From the NCBI GenBank assembly GCA_018883245.1, contig VEQL01000001.1, positions 94,701 through 158,700 of the forward strand: 64,000 nucleotides of DNA, written 5' to 3'. The position numbers and the translations under genes are program-made. Source of the DNA: Chthoniobacterales bacterium (GTDB lineage: Bacteria; Verrucomicrobiota; Verrucomicrobiia; Chthoniobacterales; JACTMZ01). This document shows positions 53,846 through 63,042 of this stretch, piece by piece (the stretch's first letter is position 1; each line of letters opens with the position of its first letter). The notes under the pieces were generated by a model. The model did not search any database and was not told the DNA's origin. It was given only the letters and a program-made list of their open reading frames with translations.

Positions 53846-55792
53846 ATGAGCCAGAACATCGAATCCCGCCTCGTCGAAACACGCGTCATCAAACCATCCC
53901 GCGCATTCAGCAAGAGCGCGCGGATCAAAAGCATGGCGGACTACAAGCGCCTGCACGCAGCATCGGTGAAAAACCCGCAGAAATTCTGGGGTGCCGAAGC
54001 CTCCGAACTGCAATGGGGACGCAAATGGAAATCCGTCCTGAAATGGACGGCGCCGTTTGCGCGCTGGTTCGAAGGAGGCACCATCAACGTCGCGGAAAAC
54101 TGCGTGGACCGCCACGCTGCCAGCCATCGCAAGAACAAGGCCGCCATCATCTGGGAGGGTGAGCCGGGCGAAAAGCGCACCCTCACCTACGGACAGCTGC
54201 ACCGCGAAGTCTGCCTCTTCGCCAACGTGCTCAAACGCAACGGCGTCAAAAAAGGCGACCGCGTCATCATCTACATGCCTCTCGTTCCCGAGGCCGCCGT
54301 GGCCATGCTCGCCTGCGCCCGCATCGGCGCCGTGCATTCGGTGATCTTCGGCGGGTTCAGCGCGGACAGCATCCGCGACCGCATTGCCGACAGCGGCGCC
54401 ACATGCGTGGTCACGGCCGACGGCGGTTACCGGCGCGGTGCCATCGTGCCGCTCAAACACAATGTCGATGCCGCACTGGCCGGCGAGACAACGGTGAAGA
54501 AAGTGATCGTCCTCCGGCGCGCCAACAACGAGATCCACATCCAGGAAGGACGCGACGTCTGGTGGCACCGCGAATTGGACTACGTCAACGCCGATTGCCC
54601 CGTCACGCACTTCGACAGCGAGCATCCGCTGTTCATCCTCTACACCAGCGGCTCGACCGGAAAACCAAAAGGCATCCTCCACACCTCGGCCGGCTACCTC
54701 ACGCAGGCTTACTCCACGACGAAATACATTTTCGACCTGCGCGAGGACGACATCTACTGGTGCACGGCCGATGTCGGCTGGATCACCGGCCACAGCTATC
54801 TTGTCTACGGTCCTCTGGCCAACGGAGCGACCTGCCTCATGTATGAAGGTGCACCCAACTGGCCCGACCCGGACCGCTTCTGGCGCATCATCCAGAATTA
54901 CGGCGTGACCGTTTTCTACACTGCGCCGACCGCCATCCGCGCCTTCATCAAATGGGGCGATGAATGGGTCGATAAGCACGATCTTTCCTCGCTCCGTCTC
55001 CTCGGCACGGTCGGCGAACCGATCAATCCCGAGGCGTGGATGTGGTATCATAAAAAAATCGGCGGAGGGCGTTGTCCGATCGTGGACACGTGGTGGCAGA
55101 CCGAAACCGGCGCGATCATGATTTCCCCCATGCCCGGCGCCACCCCGCTCAAGCCCGGCACGGCCACGCTGCCGTTCTTCGGCATCGACGCCGCCATCGT
55201 CGACGACCACGGCAAGGAAGTCGGACCAAACATCGGCGGCAAACTCGTGGTGCGCAAACCGTGGCCCTCCATGCTTCGCACGATTTACGGCGACCGCGCG
55301 CGGTATAAAAAAACTTACTGGAGCGAAATTCCGGGTTTTTACTTCACCGGCGACGGCGCCCGTCGCGACAAGGACGGCTATTTCTGGATCGTGGGCCGCA
55401 TCGACGATGTCCTCAATGTCGCCGGACACCGCCTCGGCACTTCGGAAATCGAAAGCGCCCTTGTCTCCCATCAAGCAGTGGCCGAAGCCGCCGTGGTCGG
55501 GCGCCCCGACGAAATCAAAGGCCAGGGCGTGGTCGCCTTCGTGACGCTGAAGGAAGGCGAAAAACCGAGCGTGGATTTGCGCGAAAAATTGCGCAAACAC
55601 GTCGGCAACGCCATCGGGGCCATTGCCAAGCCGGACGACGTCCACTTCGCCGAAGCCCTGCCCAAGACGCGCAGCGGCAAAATCATGCGCCGCCTGCTCA
55701 AGGAAATTGCCAGCGGCAGCGATGTCAAAGGCGATACCACCACCCTCGAAGACTTCAGCATCCTCTCGAAACTCAAATTGCAGGATTCGTGA
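53846..55792 (+). CDS. acs: Acetyl-coenzyme A synthetase
   Basis: [96 protein letters not shown]. Confidence 0.95.
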   Translation: MSQNIESRLVETRVIKPSRAFSKSARIKSMADYKRLHAASVKNPQKFWGAEASELQWGRKWKSVLKWTAPFARWFEGGTINVAENCVDRHAASHRKNKAAIIWEGEPGEKRTLTYGQLHREVCLFANVLKRNGVKKGDRVIIYMPLVPEAAVAMLACARIGAVHSVIFGGFSADSIRDRIADSGATCVVTADGGYRRGAIVPLKHNVDAALAGETTVKKVIVLRRANNEIHIQEGRDVWWHRELDYVNADCPVTHFDSEHPLFILYTSGSTGKPKGILHTSAGYLTQAYSTTKYIFDLREDDIYWCTADVGWITGHSYLVYGPLANGATCLMYEGAPNWPDPDRFWRIIQNYGVTVFYTAPTAIRAFIKWGDEWVDKHDLSSLRLLGTVGEPINPEAWMWYHKKIGGGRCPIVDTWWQTETGAIMISPMPGATPLKPGTATLPFFGIDAAIVDDHGKEVGPNIGGKLVVRKPWPSMLRTIYGDRARYKKTYWSEIPGFYFTGDGARRDKDGYFWIVGRIDDVLNVAGHRLGTSEIESALVSHQAVAEAAVVGRPDEIKGQGVVAFVTLKEGEKPSVDLREKLRKHVGNAIGAIAKPDDVHFAEALPKTRSGKIMRRLLKEIASGSDVKGDTTTLEDFSILSKLKLQDS

Positions 55793-55882
55793 GCCTTGTG
55801 TAGTGCCGGTCGTTTTATCGATCGATCGGCCGCGACGCCGGCGCTACAGTCGAAAACAATTCGCATACGCAACCCCGCCACC

Positions 55883-56587
55883 ATGGACAAATTCCTCATC
55901 ACCGGCGCCTCGAGCGGAATCGGGCGCGAACTGGCCCTGCGCCTCGCCGCGCGCGGCGCAAAGCTCGTCCTCTCCGGACGCTCCGAGGGCAAACTCTCCG
56001 AAGTCGCCGCCGCCTGCACAGGGGCGACCGCGGTCGAAACGGTCGCTTCCGACATCACTTCACCGGGCGCAGCCGAGGCGCTCGTGGCCAAGGCCTGCGA
56101 ATCCATGGGCGGCATCGATTGCGTCATCCATTGCGCCGGCATCGGACTTATCAAGCCCGCGGCCGAGACAACGGACGCGGAATTTAGCAAGGTTGTGAAC
56201 ACCAACCTCCGCGGCACGTTTCTTGTCGCGCGCGAAGCATGCAAAGCGATGGCCGCGCAGAAGCACGGCCTTTTCATCACGCTTCCCGGCATTCTCGGAA
56301 AAGCGGTGATGAAAAACGCGGCGGCTTACATCGCCAGCAAGTTCGGCGTGACCGGCCTGATCAAAACCTTTGCGCAGGAATACGCGCGCAGCGGCGTCCG
56401 GTTCTGCCTGTTTTTTCTGGGCGGAGTTGACTCGCCGTTCTGGGACGGCATTAACATGGCTGTGCAACGCGACAAAATGATTCCCCTGCCGACCGCGGCG
56501 GATCTCATCATGCAGGCCATCGACGCGCCACCGCACCTTGTGCTGGCCGAAGTCGTCCTCCAGCCGGAAAGCCACCAGCTGGTGTAA
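55883..56587 (+). CDS. SDR-family oxidoreductase
   Basis: Starts at the internal Met MDKFLITGASSGIGRELA (TGxxxGxG). NAAAYIASKFGV (YxxxK). Confidence 0.85.
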   Translation: MDKFLITGASSGIGRELALRLAARGAKLVLSGRSEGKLSEVAAACTGATAVETVASDITSPGAAEALVAKACESMGGIDCVIHCAGIGLIKPAAETTDAEFSKVVNTNLRGTFLVAREACKAMAAQKHGLFITLPGILGKAVMKNAAAYIASKFGVTGLIKTFAQEYARSGVRFCLFFLGGVDSPFWDGINMAVQRDKMIPLPTAADLIMQAIDAPPHLVLAEVVLQPESHQLV

Positions 56588-56602
56588 ACTGTGTTACGGT
56601 TG

Positions 56603-56624
56603 GGTCCGCTGGCCTCAGCGGACC
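56603..56624. terminator. GC-rich perfect hairpin between convergent genes (candidate terminator)
   Basis: GGTCCGCTG gcct CAGCGGACC (9-bp stem), followed by a second short hairpin GGCCGG cgtc CCGGCC. There is no T-run, so function as an intrinsic terminator is uncertain. Confidence 0.4.
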
Positions 56625-56659
56625 GACGGCCGGCGTCCCGGCCGACCACATTTCCAACC

Positions 56660-57814
56660 TCAAACTTCTGCTTCGCCGAACCGCTCGATGATGCGAGCGG
56701 CTTCTTCTTTGTCCGCCCGCAAAGCGGCAACGCAGTGCGCGTCGATTTTTCCCTCCGCCGCCATTTTGTCCAACGTCTCGAGCGCTTCGTCGATGCTCCA
56801 CGCGCTTTTGTAAACACGCCGGCTCGTCAGCGCGTCGAAAATATCCGCCACGGTGACAATGCGCGCCTCGATCGGGATGTGGCCGTTGTTCCTCCGTTCC
56901 GGATAGCCGCTGCCGTCGAGAAATTCATGATGGCCGGCCACCAGGTTGCGCAGGATGTCCACCCCCGCCACCGTGCGCAGGTTGAAGTCGTCCACCAGCC
57001 GCTCGATCATTTTGACGCCGAGATCGACGTGGGTCTCCATGATCTTGCGCTCCTCGGGCGTGAAACTGCCCGGCTTGCGCAGCACCGCGTCGGGAATTCC
57101 GACCTTGCCGATGTCGTGCAGCGGGGAGAACAAAAACAATTGCTCGATGAATTCGTCGGACAAGTTGTGGCTCTTGGCGAGACCCCGCGCGATGAGCCGG
57201 CAAAACCGCGACATGCGCTCCAAGTGCGAGCCGGTTTCTTCGTCGCGCAGGTTGGTGAAGTCGCGGGCCACGCGCACGGATCCGGTCAGCGCCTGGATGG
57301 TGGTCACCTCGTGGCTCACCATCAGCATGATCAGGTTCACGTAAACCTCCAGTCGGTGCACGACCTCCGGCGTGAAAAGCCCGGGCACGCACGAGTCGAA
57401 GAACAGGAATCCCTCGAAGACGCCCTGGTGGTAAATCGGCACGGTGTATGACGACCGGTAGCCCATGCTTTTGACCCAGCGCGTGTGCTCGGTCTCGCTC
57501 TTCAGCTCGGTCGAAATATCTTCGATCACGCGCGATTTGCCCTCCATCTTCAAGGCCATCAGGCTCGGGCTTTCGGAAAGCTTGTATTGGTAGGTCTTGA
57601 GCGGCTCGCCACCGACCGTGCTGTTGACGAACGTCTTCAGCAGATCCATCTCGGGGTCGTAGAGGGCGCAGGCCATGCGATCGACTTCCGGCACCACGCG
57701 GCGGAGTTGGCCGTGCAGCGCCCCGATGCGTTCTCCAAGGCTGGACGCCCTGCGGGCGGGCAACTGAATCGGGTAAGCCTCCGATTCCAGCGGGTGCCGG
57801 GCCGTTTCTTCCAT
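56660..57814 (-). CDS. GAF-domain HD-GYP phosphohydrolase (putative c-di-GMP phosphodiesterase)
   Basis: N-terminal GAF-like region (VDRMACALYDPEMDLLKTFVNS...YRSSYTVPIYHQGVFEGFLFFDS). HD-GYP core SPLHDIGKVGIPDAVLRKPG...HHEFLDGSGYPERR. Confidence 0.85.
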   Translation of the reverse strand: MEETARHPLESEAYPIQLPARRASSLGERIGALHGQLRRVVPEVDRMACALYDPEMDLLKTFVNSTVGGEPLKTYQYKLSESPSLMALKMEGKSRVIEDISTELKSETEHTRWVKSMGYRSSYTVPIYHQGVFEGFLFFDSCVPGLFTPEVVHRLEVYVNLIMLMVSHEVTTIQALTGSVRVARDFTNLRDEETGSHLERMSRFCRLIARGLAKSHNLSDEFIEQLFLFSPLHDIGKVGIPDAVLRKPGSFTPEERKIMETHVDLGVKMIERLVDDFNLRTVAGVDILRNLVAGHHEFLDGSGYPERRNNGHIPIEARIVTVADIFDALTSRRVYKSAWSIDEALETLDKMAAEGKIDAHCVAALRADKEEAARIIERFGEAEV

Positions 57815-57955
57815 GCCGGATTAATGTATGCCGGCCAGCCCCGCGCGCAATTCTTTCGATGAGTTGTTCGCTGGCCTCGTCCACCGCCCGCACGGATAAT
57901 CCGGGCTGTGCAGGACCTGCCATTGCTTCCCCTTGCGACCGCCGACTTGCCGCCG

Positions 57956-59629
57956 ATGTTTTCTCTCATAGCGCTGATGCTGGTCGGGGTGGTCGCGGTG
58001 TCGCTGATTTTGCTGCGGCTGCGGCAATCGCTGCTGGTCGGATATTTCCTTTGCGGCATCGCCATCTCCAACACCGGACTGCTCGATATGCTGGCAGGTG
58101 AGGACGCGACCGCCGCCATCAACCGCGTCTCCGAGTTCGGCGTGATGCTCCTGCTTTTCGTCATCGGCATGGAGTTCTCGCTCAAAGAACTCAAACATCT
58201 GCGTCGCTTCGCTTTCCGGGGAGGAGCGGCCCAGATCGCGATCACCATGGCCGCGGCCGGTGCCGCCGCATGGGCGTATTTCGGATTCCCTTGGACCCAG
58301 GTCGTCGTCGTGGCCGTCGCCTGTGCGATGAGTTCGACCGCGATCAGCATCAAACTTTACCACGACATGGGGATCGCCGCGAGTTCCGGCGCGCGGCTCG
58401 CCCTGGCCATCGCCATCATGCAGGACCTGTTTGTCATCGCCTTCCTTGTCCTCCTTCCGGCGATGTTCGGAGACGGCGCGGCGCACCCCATGGGACCGCA
58501 GTTGATCTTCACCGCGGTCCAAGGGGCGCTCTTCATTCTTGCGGCCGTCCTGCTCGCACGCTTTGTCATCCCGCACGTTCTCCATGCAGTCTCGCAGACA
58601 CGCAGCCGCGAGCTTTTCACCCTCACGGTCGCGGGGCTCTGCATCGGTGTCGCCTACCTTGCGGCGCTGATGGATCTGAGCCTCGTGCTCGGCGCCTTCG
58701 TAGCCGGCGTCGCGGTGAGCGAGTGCATGTATAAGCACCGAATCATGTCGGAGGTCGGACCGTTCAAGGACCTCTTCCTCACGCTGTTCTTCGTTTCGGT
58801 CGGGCTGGGCATCAACCTCGGGCAAGTCGCGGATGCGTGGATCCTCGTGCTCTCCATCACCGTTCTTCTGCTTGCGGGAAAAACGCTCCTCATAGGAGTC
58901 ATCGCGCGTCTCCTGGGCCTGAGCTGGCGTGCCGCCACAACCGCCGGAATCGGCCTCGGAAGTGCAGGCGAGTTTTCCCTGGTGCTGATGGGTAAAACTT
59001 CGCAGCTCACCGATTGGGCCGGCAATGCCAACCAGCCGTTGCTCGCCGCCATGGCACTGTCCATGGCCATGGTGCCGGTGCTCATGGATCGCGCGCCGCG
59101 GATTTGGACGTTTCTCGAACGATTTTGCCCGAATTTTCTGCATCGTCAGCGGCACACCGAGAGCGTCGCGGCGCAGTCCGCCCCCCTGTCCGAACACGCG
59201 ATCATCTGCGGTTACGGACCCGTCGGTCAGGCGCTGGTCAAAGCGCTCACGGATCAGGGCGTTGCCAGCGTGGTCATCGATCTCAACGCCGACACGATCC
59301 GGAAGCTGCAGAGCGAAGGCCAGGCCGCGCTCTTTGCCGATGCCAGCCAGCCGGACGTCTGGGACTTGGTCAACGTCAGCGAGGCGCGGCTCGTCGCCTT
59401 CACCTTTCCGGCAACGTCCGCCGTCTCCTCCGCCATGCACCTCGTCCGCGAGCGCAACCACGCCATCACCATCATCGCACGGACCGCCTTCAGCAACGAG
59501 GCCGGGAGCCTGGCCGATGCGGGCGCCAACATCGTCTTGCAGGACGAAGTGGAAACCAGCCGAGCCGTGATCGACCGCGCGTTGGGTGCCTTGGAGCTGA
59601 ATCTTTCCCCGAGACAGGAAGAGAGCTAG
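57956..59629 (+). CDS. Kef-type (CPA2) cation/proton antiporter with C-terminal RCK/TrkA-N domain
   Basis: Start taken at ATG MFSLIALMLVGVV (GTG 57908 is possible). SLLVGYFLCGIAI, EFGVMLLLFVIGMEFS. Multiple TMs, then HAIICGYGPVGQALVKAL Rossmann. Confidence 0.8.
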   Translation: MFSLIALMLVGVVAVSLILLRLRQSLLVGYFLCGIAISNTGLLDMLAGEDATAAINRVSEFGVMLLLFVIGMEFSLKELKHLRRFAFRGGAAQIAITMAAAGAAAWAYFGFPWTQVVVVAVACAMSSTAISIKLYHDMGIAASSGARLALAIAIMQDLFVIAFLVLLPAMFGDGAAHPMGPQLIFTAVQGALFILAAVLLARFVIPHVLHAVSQTRSRELFTLTVAGLCIGVAYLAALMDLSLVLGAFVAGVAVSECMYKHRIMSEVGPFKDLFLTLFFVSVGLGINLGQVADAWILVLSITVLLLAGKTLLIGVIARLLGLSWRAATTAGIGLGSAGEFSLVLMGKTSQLTDWAGNANQPLLAAMALSMAMVPVLMDRAPRIWTFLERFCPNFLHRQRHTESVAAQSAPLSEHAIICGYGPVGQALVKALTDQGVASVVIDLNADTIRKLQSEGQAALFADASQPDVWDLVNVSEARLVAFTFPATSAVSSAMHLVRERNHAITIIARTAFSNEAGSLADAGANIVLQDEVETSRAVIDRALGALELNLSPRQEES

Positions 59630-59632
59630 CTT

Positions 59633-60148
59633 GTGGCGACTATGGACGCCTTCGTGACATTCGCCCTTTCGAATTTTCCGCTCACTTTCACCGTTCTCGG
59701 ATTGATCGCCGCGGGCGTGCAAATTCTCAAAACACCGGCACCGCGCCCGCGCGGCAGATCAGCCGAAGCCGTTTTGCGCTGGTTCCTCTTCTTCGGCATC
59801 GGCGTCACGTTTTTCTACAACTTCGTATGCCATGTGTTTTTCGGGGATATGGCGGCCAAGTTTATCGGCTGGGCCCAGAGCCCCTTCCAAGCCGAGGTCG
59901 GCTGGGCCAGCCTGGGTTATGCCGTGCTCGGTTTCATGGCCTCGCGCGGAAGCCGCGACCTGCGCATCGGCATCATCGCCGCCCTCGCGTGTTTCATGTG
60001 GGGCGCGGCCAGCGGCCACATTTACCAGATGGTGACAGCACACGATTTCGCCCCCGGAAATGCCGGAGTCATGTTTTGGTGCGATATTTTCATGCCCCTC
60101 TTCGGAATCTTTCTCCTTTGGAAAACGAGGAAGCCGCAGGCAATTTAA
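59633..60148 (+). CDS. Hypothetical integral membrane protein
   Basis: About 5 predicted TM helices (LTFTVLGLIAAGV, LRWFLFFGIGVTFFYNFV, ASLGYAVLGFMA, IGIIAALACFMWGAA, MFWCDIFMPLFGIFLLW). Family not recognised. Located 3 nt after the kef stop. Confidence 0.5.
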   Translation: MATMDAFVTFALSNFPLTFTVLGLIAAGVQILKTPAPRPRGRSAEAVLRWFLFFGIGVTFFYNFVCHVFFGDMAAKFIGWAQSPFQAEVGWASLGYAVLGFMASRGSRDLRIGIIAALACFMWGAASGHIYQMVTAHDFAPGNAGVMFWCDIFMPLFGIFLLWKTRKPQAI

Positions 60149-60155
60149 GCGTCTC

Positions 60156-61370
60156 GTGAAGTCCTTGCGCCACCTGCTCATTGCCGCCCTTTTTGCGCTG
60201 CCGGTCCGGCTCGGCGCGCAATCAGTCATCTCGAATACGGTGATCGTTCCGCTTCATTACAAGACCATCGCTTCGGGCGGGCAAAAACTCGGCATCTACG
60301 CTTCGCTCGGCGGCGGCAGCACACCGCAGATTTTCGAATTCGACACCGGCGGCGGCGGGTTCTACGCGGCCTATGCGTCGGCCGACACAAACAAGTCCCG
60401 GTGGTGGGGCACAAACTTCTCCTACACCGGGAGTGATGTGACCAACACTTACGACAGCGGGATCCAATACCAAGGAGCGATCGTCACGGCTTCCGTTTCA
60501 CTTTTTTCGGATCACAACAGCAGCAGCCCGCTGGTCACCACGGCGGGCGATTTGCGCGTGGGACAAATGACATCCATCACCAACACCACCAGTGGCGGGG
60601 CGGCTCTGTGGACACCCGGTGGCGAAGGCACCACGAATACACCGCCTGTCGATGAGGCCTTTTACGGCGACTTCGGCATGAATCTGGCCTACACGCACAG
60701 CGGGATTGTCAACCTGATCGCCCAGCTGAGCTTCACCAATGGCATTGCTCCCGGATTCCGCATCCGCGCATACGGCGACAGCCCATACATGCAAATCGGA
60801 CTGACCGCAGCGGACACCAACAGCGCGTCTGCTTTTTACTTCGGGATGAATGCCGACACCAACGCCCCGCCCGGTTCCACCTTCACCAACAGCAGATCGC
60901 TTTTTTATTCCGAGCAGGTGTTCAACGCGAACATGACGATCAGCAATGCGACGACCAACTTCACCACCAACCTCGGAATTACCACCGACACCGGCGCGAG
61001 CACGACAATCCATAATGCGGACGTCGGGGGAATTCCCGAAGCGCTTTACACCACCAATAGCGAAGGCAAGGGCCACCTCGTGGCCGGAGCGGACTTCGGG
61101 CTTTCCGGAATGACCCTCGGTGGCACAAATTCTGAATTTTTCGAATTCGTCACCACTGCAGGGCAAGTGTCTGTTCAGGATAACAAGACCAACAACACGC
61201 TGTTCTATCTCAACTCCGGCATCTCCCTCTTCCAGCAATACGACGTGATCTACAACTTGCAGGACGGGCAGATCGGTTTCGAGGCCGTCCCGGAACCGCG
61301 CACATGGGCGCTGCTGGCCCTTGGCGGCCTGCTGCTAGCCCTTGCATCGGTCCGACGGCGCGCATCCTGA
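60156..61370 (+). CDS. Secreted pepsin-like (A1-type) aspartic protease homologue with PEP-CTERM sorting signal
   Basis: GTG start inside ORF 60060..61370. Signal LLIAALFALPVRLGA. Two DTG motifs (IFEFDTGGGGFY and GITTDTGASTTI), flap-like TYDSG, FGMNLAY, C-terminal YDVIYNLQDGQIGFEAV. Ends with VPEP + hydrophobic helix + RRRAS. Confidence 0.7.
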   Translation: MKSLRHLLIAALFALPVRLGAQSVISNTVIVPLHYKTIASGGQKLGIYASLGGGSTPQIFEFDTGGGGFYAAYASADTNKSRWWGTNFSYTGSDVTNTYDSGIQYQGAIVTASVSLFSDHNSSSPLVTTAGDLRVGQMTSITNTTSGGAALWTPGGEGTTNTPPVDEAFYGDFGMNLAYTHSGIVNLIAQLSFTNGIAPGFRIRAYGDSPYMQIGLTAADTNSASAFYFGMNADTNAPPGSTFTNSRSLFYSEQVFNANMTISNATTNFTTNLGITTDTGASTTIHNADVGGIPEALYTTNSEGKGHLVAGADFGLSGMTLGGTNSEFFEFVTTAGQVSVQDNKTNNTLFYLNSGISLFQQYDVIYNLQDGQIGFEAVPEPRTWALLALGGLLLALASVRRRAS

Positions 61371-61447
61371 TTTCGCGGCCCCACCGGTTTGCTCGGCCTT
61401 TACAAAAACCGGGAAATCGGGGGATTATCCTCCGCAACTAAACTCCC

Positions 61448-61825
61448 ATGAAACACCTCTTCACCACCGCCCGCATTCTCCTCGGAGTGATCTTCCTCGT
61501 TTTCTCCCTCAACTACTGGCTCAAATTCATCCCGATTCCCGCCCCCGCTGCGGAAAGTCTGGCCGCGGGATTCATGGGCGCGATTTACGGCTCGGGCTTC
61601 CTCACACTGGTGAAAGTGCTCGAGTTGGTTTCGGCCGTGCTACTGCTTTCCGGACGCTTCACCAATCTCGCCCTCACGCTGCTCGGACCGATCGTGGTGA
61701 ACATCCTGCTTTTCCACGTGCTCATCAAACAGGCCGATCATGGGCTTTCGGTGCTTATCGCCATCCTCGCCCTCGTCGTTCTGGTCGGACAAAAAAACTA
61801 CCTCAAAGCGATCTTCGCTAAGTAG
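61448..61825 (+). CDS. DoxX-like small membrane protein
   Basis: 125 aa with four TM helices. ARILLGVIFLVFSLNYWLKF...VLELVSAVLLLSGRFTNLALTLLGPIVVNILLFH. Confidence 0.55.
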   Translation: MKHLFTTARILLGVIFLVFSLNYWLKFIPIPAPAAESLAAGFMGAIYGSGFLTLVKVLELVSAVLLLSGRFTNLALTLLGPIVVNILLFHVLIKQADHGLSVLIAILALVVLVGQKNYLKAIFAK

Positions 61826-61847
61826 TTGCCGCGACCGCGAGCGGGCA

Positions 61848-62927
61848 ATGACTGCCGCGCATTCCGACATGCAAGACCGCGCGGCGGGCGCGATCATGGG
61901 TGCCTTCATCGGCGACGCGGTCGCGTTGGGACCGCATTGGTATTACGACCTCGACGAGATGCGCCGCGTTTACGGCGATTGGATCTCGGACTACACCGAT
62001 CCCAAGCCCGGACGCTATCATGCGGGTTTGAAAGCCGGCGACTCTTCCCAAGCGGGATTCATCACCGAGTTGCTGTTGCGTTCGGTCGCGGAAAAGGGCG
62101 CCTACGATGAAGCCGATTTCTGCCGCAAGCTCGATGGGGAACTTTTTCCGCTCCTCGACGGCACTCCTTTCAGCGGACCCGGCGGTTACACGAGCCAATC
62201 GATCCGCGAAGCGTGGCGCAAGCGAGTGAAAGAAAATCTCCCGTGGGGCCAGACCGCGGGAAACGCGGACACGACGGAAGCCGCCGAGCGGACGTTCGTT
62301 CTCGGCGTGCGCTACGCATCCGACATGCGCCAGCTCGCAGAGTCGGTGACGGTAAATGCCGCGCTGACGCAATCCGACGGCACCGTCCTTGCCATGACCG
62401 TGGCCTATTGCGCCGTGCTCGGCCTTCTCGTGCGCGGCCATAAGCTGGACGCCACGATCACGGATACGCTGCTGGGCATGGTGCGAAGCGGACAACTCCC
62501 TTTCCACTCGGTCACCAGCGAGAACCTGCAGCCTCCGAGGCCGGGCGAGCCCGAGGCGCCGCGCGCCGGTCGCTTCGCATCACCGGATGCATTGATCACT
62601 CCTTCGTGCGTGGCGGCCGCCGCCGCGGATCCCGCCATTCGCATCGAGCCGGCATCGAAGGTGTCCGTTGTCTATGGCATGCCGTGTGCCATCTACCACC
62701 AACTGCCCGCGGCCTACTACCTTGCCGCCCGTTTCCACAATGACTTCGAATCTGCCGTGCTTCACGCCGTCAATGGCGGCGGACAGAACCAAGCTCGAGC
62801 CATACTCACGGGCACTCTCGTCGGAGCACAGACCGGTCTTGCGGGTATTCCCGATCGGTTCATCCGCGGCCTCGCACGGCACGAACATCTGCTGGAACTG
62901 GCTCAGACGCTGGCCGGACAAGTCTGA
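61848..62927 (+). CDS. ADP-ribosylglycohydrolase family protein
   Basis: Starts at the internal Met MTAAHSDMQDRAAGAIMGAFIGDAVALGPHWYY. C-terminal ...AVLHAVNGGGQNQARAILTGTLVGAQTGLAGIP is the typical ARH metal-site region. Confidence 0.75.
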   Translation: MTAAHSDMQDRAAGAIMGAFIGDAVALGPHWYYDLDEMRRVYGDWISDYTDPKPGRYHAGLKAGDSSQAGFITELLLRSVAEKGAYDEADFCRKLDGELFPLLDGTPFSGPGGYTSQSIREAWRKRVKENLPWGQTAGNADTTEAAERTFVLGVRYASDMRQLAESVTVNAALTQSDGTVLAMTVAYCAVLGLLVRGHKLDATITDTLLGMVRSGQLPFHSVTSENLQPPRPGEPEAPRAGRFASPDALITPSCVAAAAADPAIRIEPASKVSVVYGMPCAIYHQLPAAYYLAARFHNDFESAVLHAVNGGGQNQARAILTGTLVGAQTGLAGIPDRFIRGLARHEHLLELAQTLAGQV

Positions 62928-63042
62928 CTGCTGAGGCTTCCATATCACCGGCCGGCCGCTGCCCTCTGAGAAATTTTGGAAATCGTATGACGCGATTTTT
63001 GCTCTGACGTGCTTCCAGATTCGGGAATAATTCCCGCGTCTC

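Noticed and set aside
52754-55645. 963-aa minus-strand ORF
   Set aside because: Antisense to cysE, sprT and acs, all of which have unmistakable family motifs on the plus strand.
57821-59722. 633-aa minus-strand ORF
   Set aside because: Antisense shadow of the Kef-type antiporter. It is highly charged, Arg/Asp/Gly-rich, and has no motifs.
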